The position numbers and the translations under genes are program-made. A stretch of 20,503 nucleotides of DNA from a virus (taxonomy: Duplodnaviria > Heunggongvirae > Uroviricota > Caudoviricetes): the IMG/VR virus record IMGVR_UViG_2684622771_000002. One strand, given 5' to 3'. Below are positions 20,284 through 20,503 of the stretch, in pieces (position 1 is the first letter of the stretch; every line of letters begins with the position of its first letter). The notes beneath the pieces are model-generated. The model worked only from the letters and a program-made list of their open reading frames with translations. It was not told the DNA's origin and searched no databases.

Positions 20284-20503
20284 TCGCTGGCATGATGAAA
20301 TATGTGTACCCGGTAACCCCGGTGTGCATCGTTTTTGATTATTCCCGCACACTCGCGCAGAAGGAGTTCCCCGTCGGGCTACGGTCTCTGTTAATACGGG
20401 AATACGGCGACGATTGGATTTGCCCCTATATTTCCAGACATCTGTTATCACTTAACCCATTACAAGCCCGCTGCCGCAGATATTCCCGTGGCGAGCGATA
20501 ACC

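Noticed and set aside
20248-20501. ORFs 20248..20451 (minus, 67 aa) and 20292..20501 (plus, 69 aa)
   Set aside because: Mutually overlapping, Arg-rich, no ribosome-binding site and no recognisable similarity; insufficient support to call either as a gene.

Overview
This 20.5-kb window is essentially the complete late (virion morphogenesis) operon of a phage-lambda-type prophage. It is encoded on the minus strand and is collinear, gene for gene and almost nucleotide for nucleotide in spacing, with lambda Nu1-A-W-B-C/Nu3-D-E-FI-FII-Z-U-V-G/GT-H-M-L-K-I-J. J runs off the left edge and is interrupted by three N-runs. The right end holds the cos site immediately upstream of Nu1 and, on the opposite strand, two small accessory genes: a basic ribbon-helix-helix-like protein (probably DUF3950, YlcI/lambda p79-like) and an AT-rich gene that looks like the DUF1398 YbcV/YdfO family. 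I found no rRNA, tRNA, CRISPR array, integrase or recognisable defence or toxin system; this is an ordinary prophage structural module, not an obviously novel system. Worth a second look: (1) the cosN 12-mer differs from the lambda cohesive end as I remember it; (2) K lacks the HxH of the MPN/JAMM motif through an apparent in-frame deletion; (3) the J gaps are flanked by overlapping, about 96-98% identical duplicates, pointing to assembly collapse of two related J alleles; (4) the J C-terminal region diverges from lambda; (5) about 250 bp at the right edge is unexplained. All calls rest on reading the supplied ORF translations and the sequence, plus remembered lambda gene order, lengths and sequences; no database search was run. 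Hand-counted coordinates (cos, hairpins, slip site) may be off by 1-2 nt.
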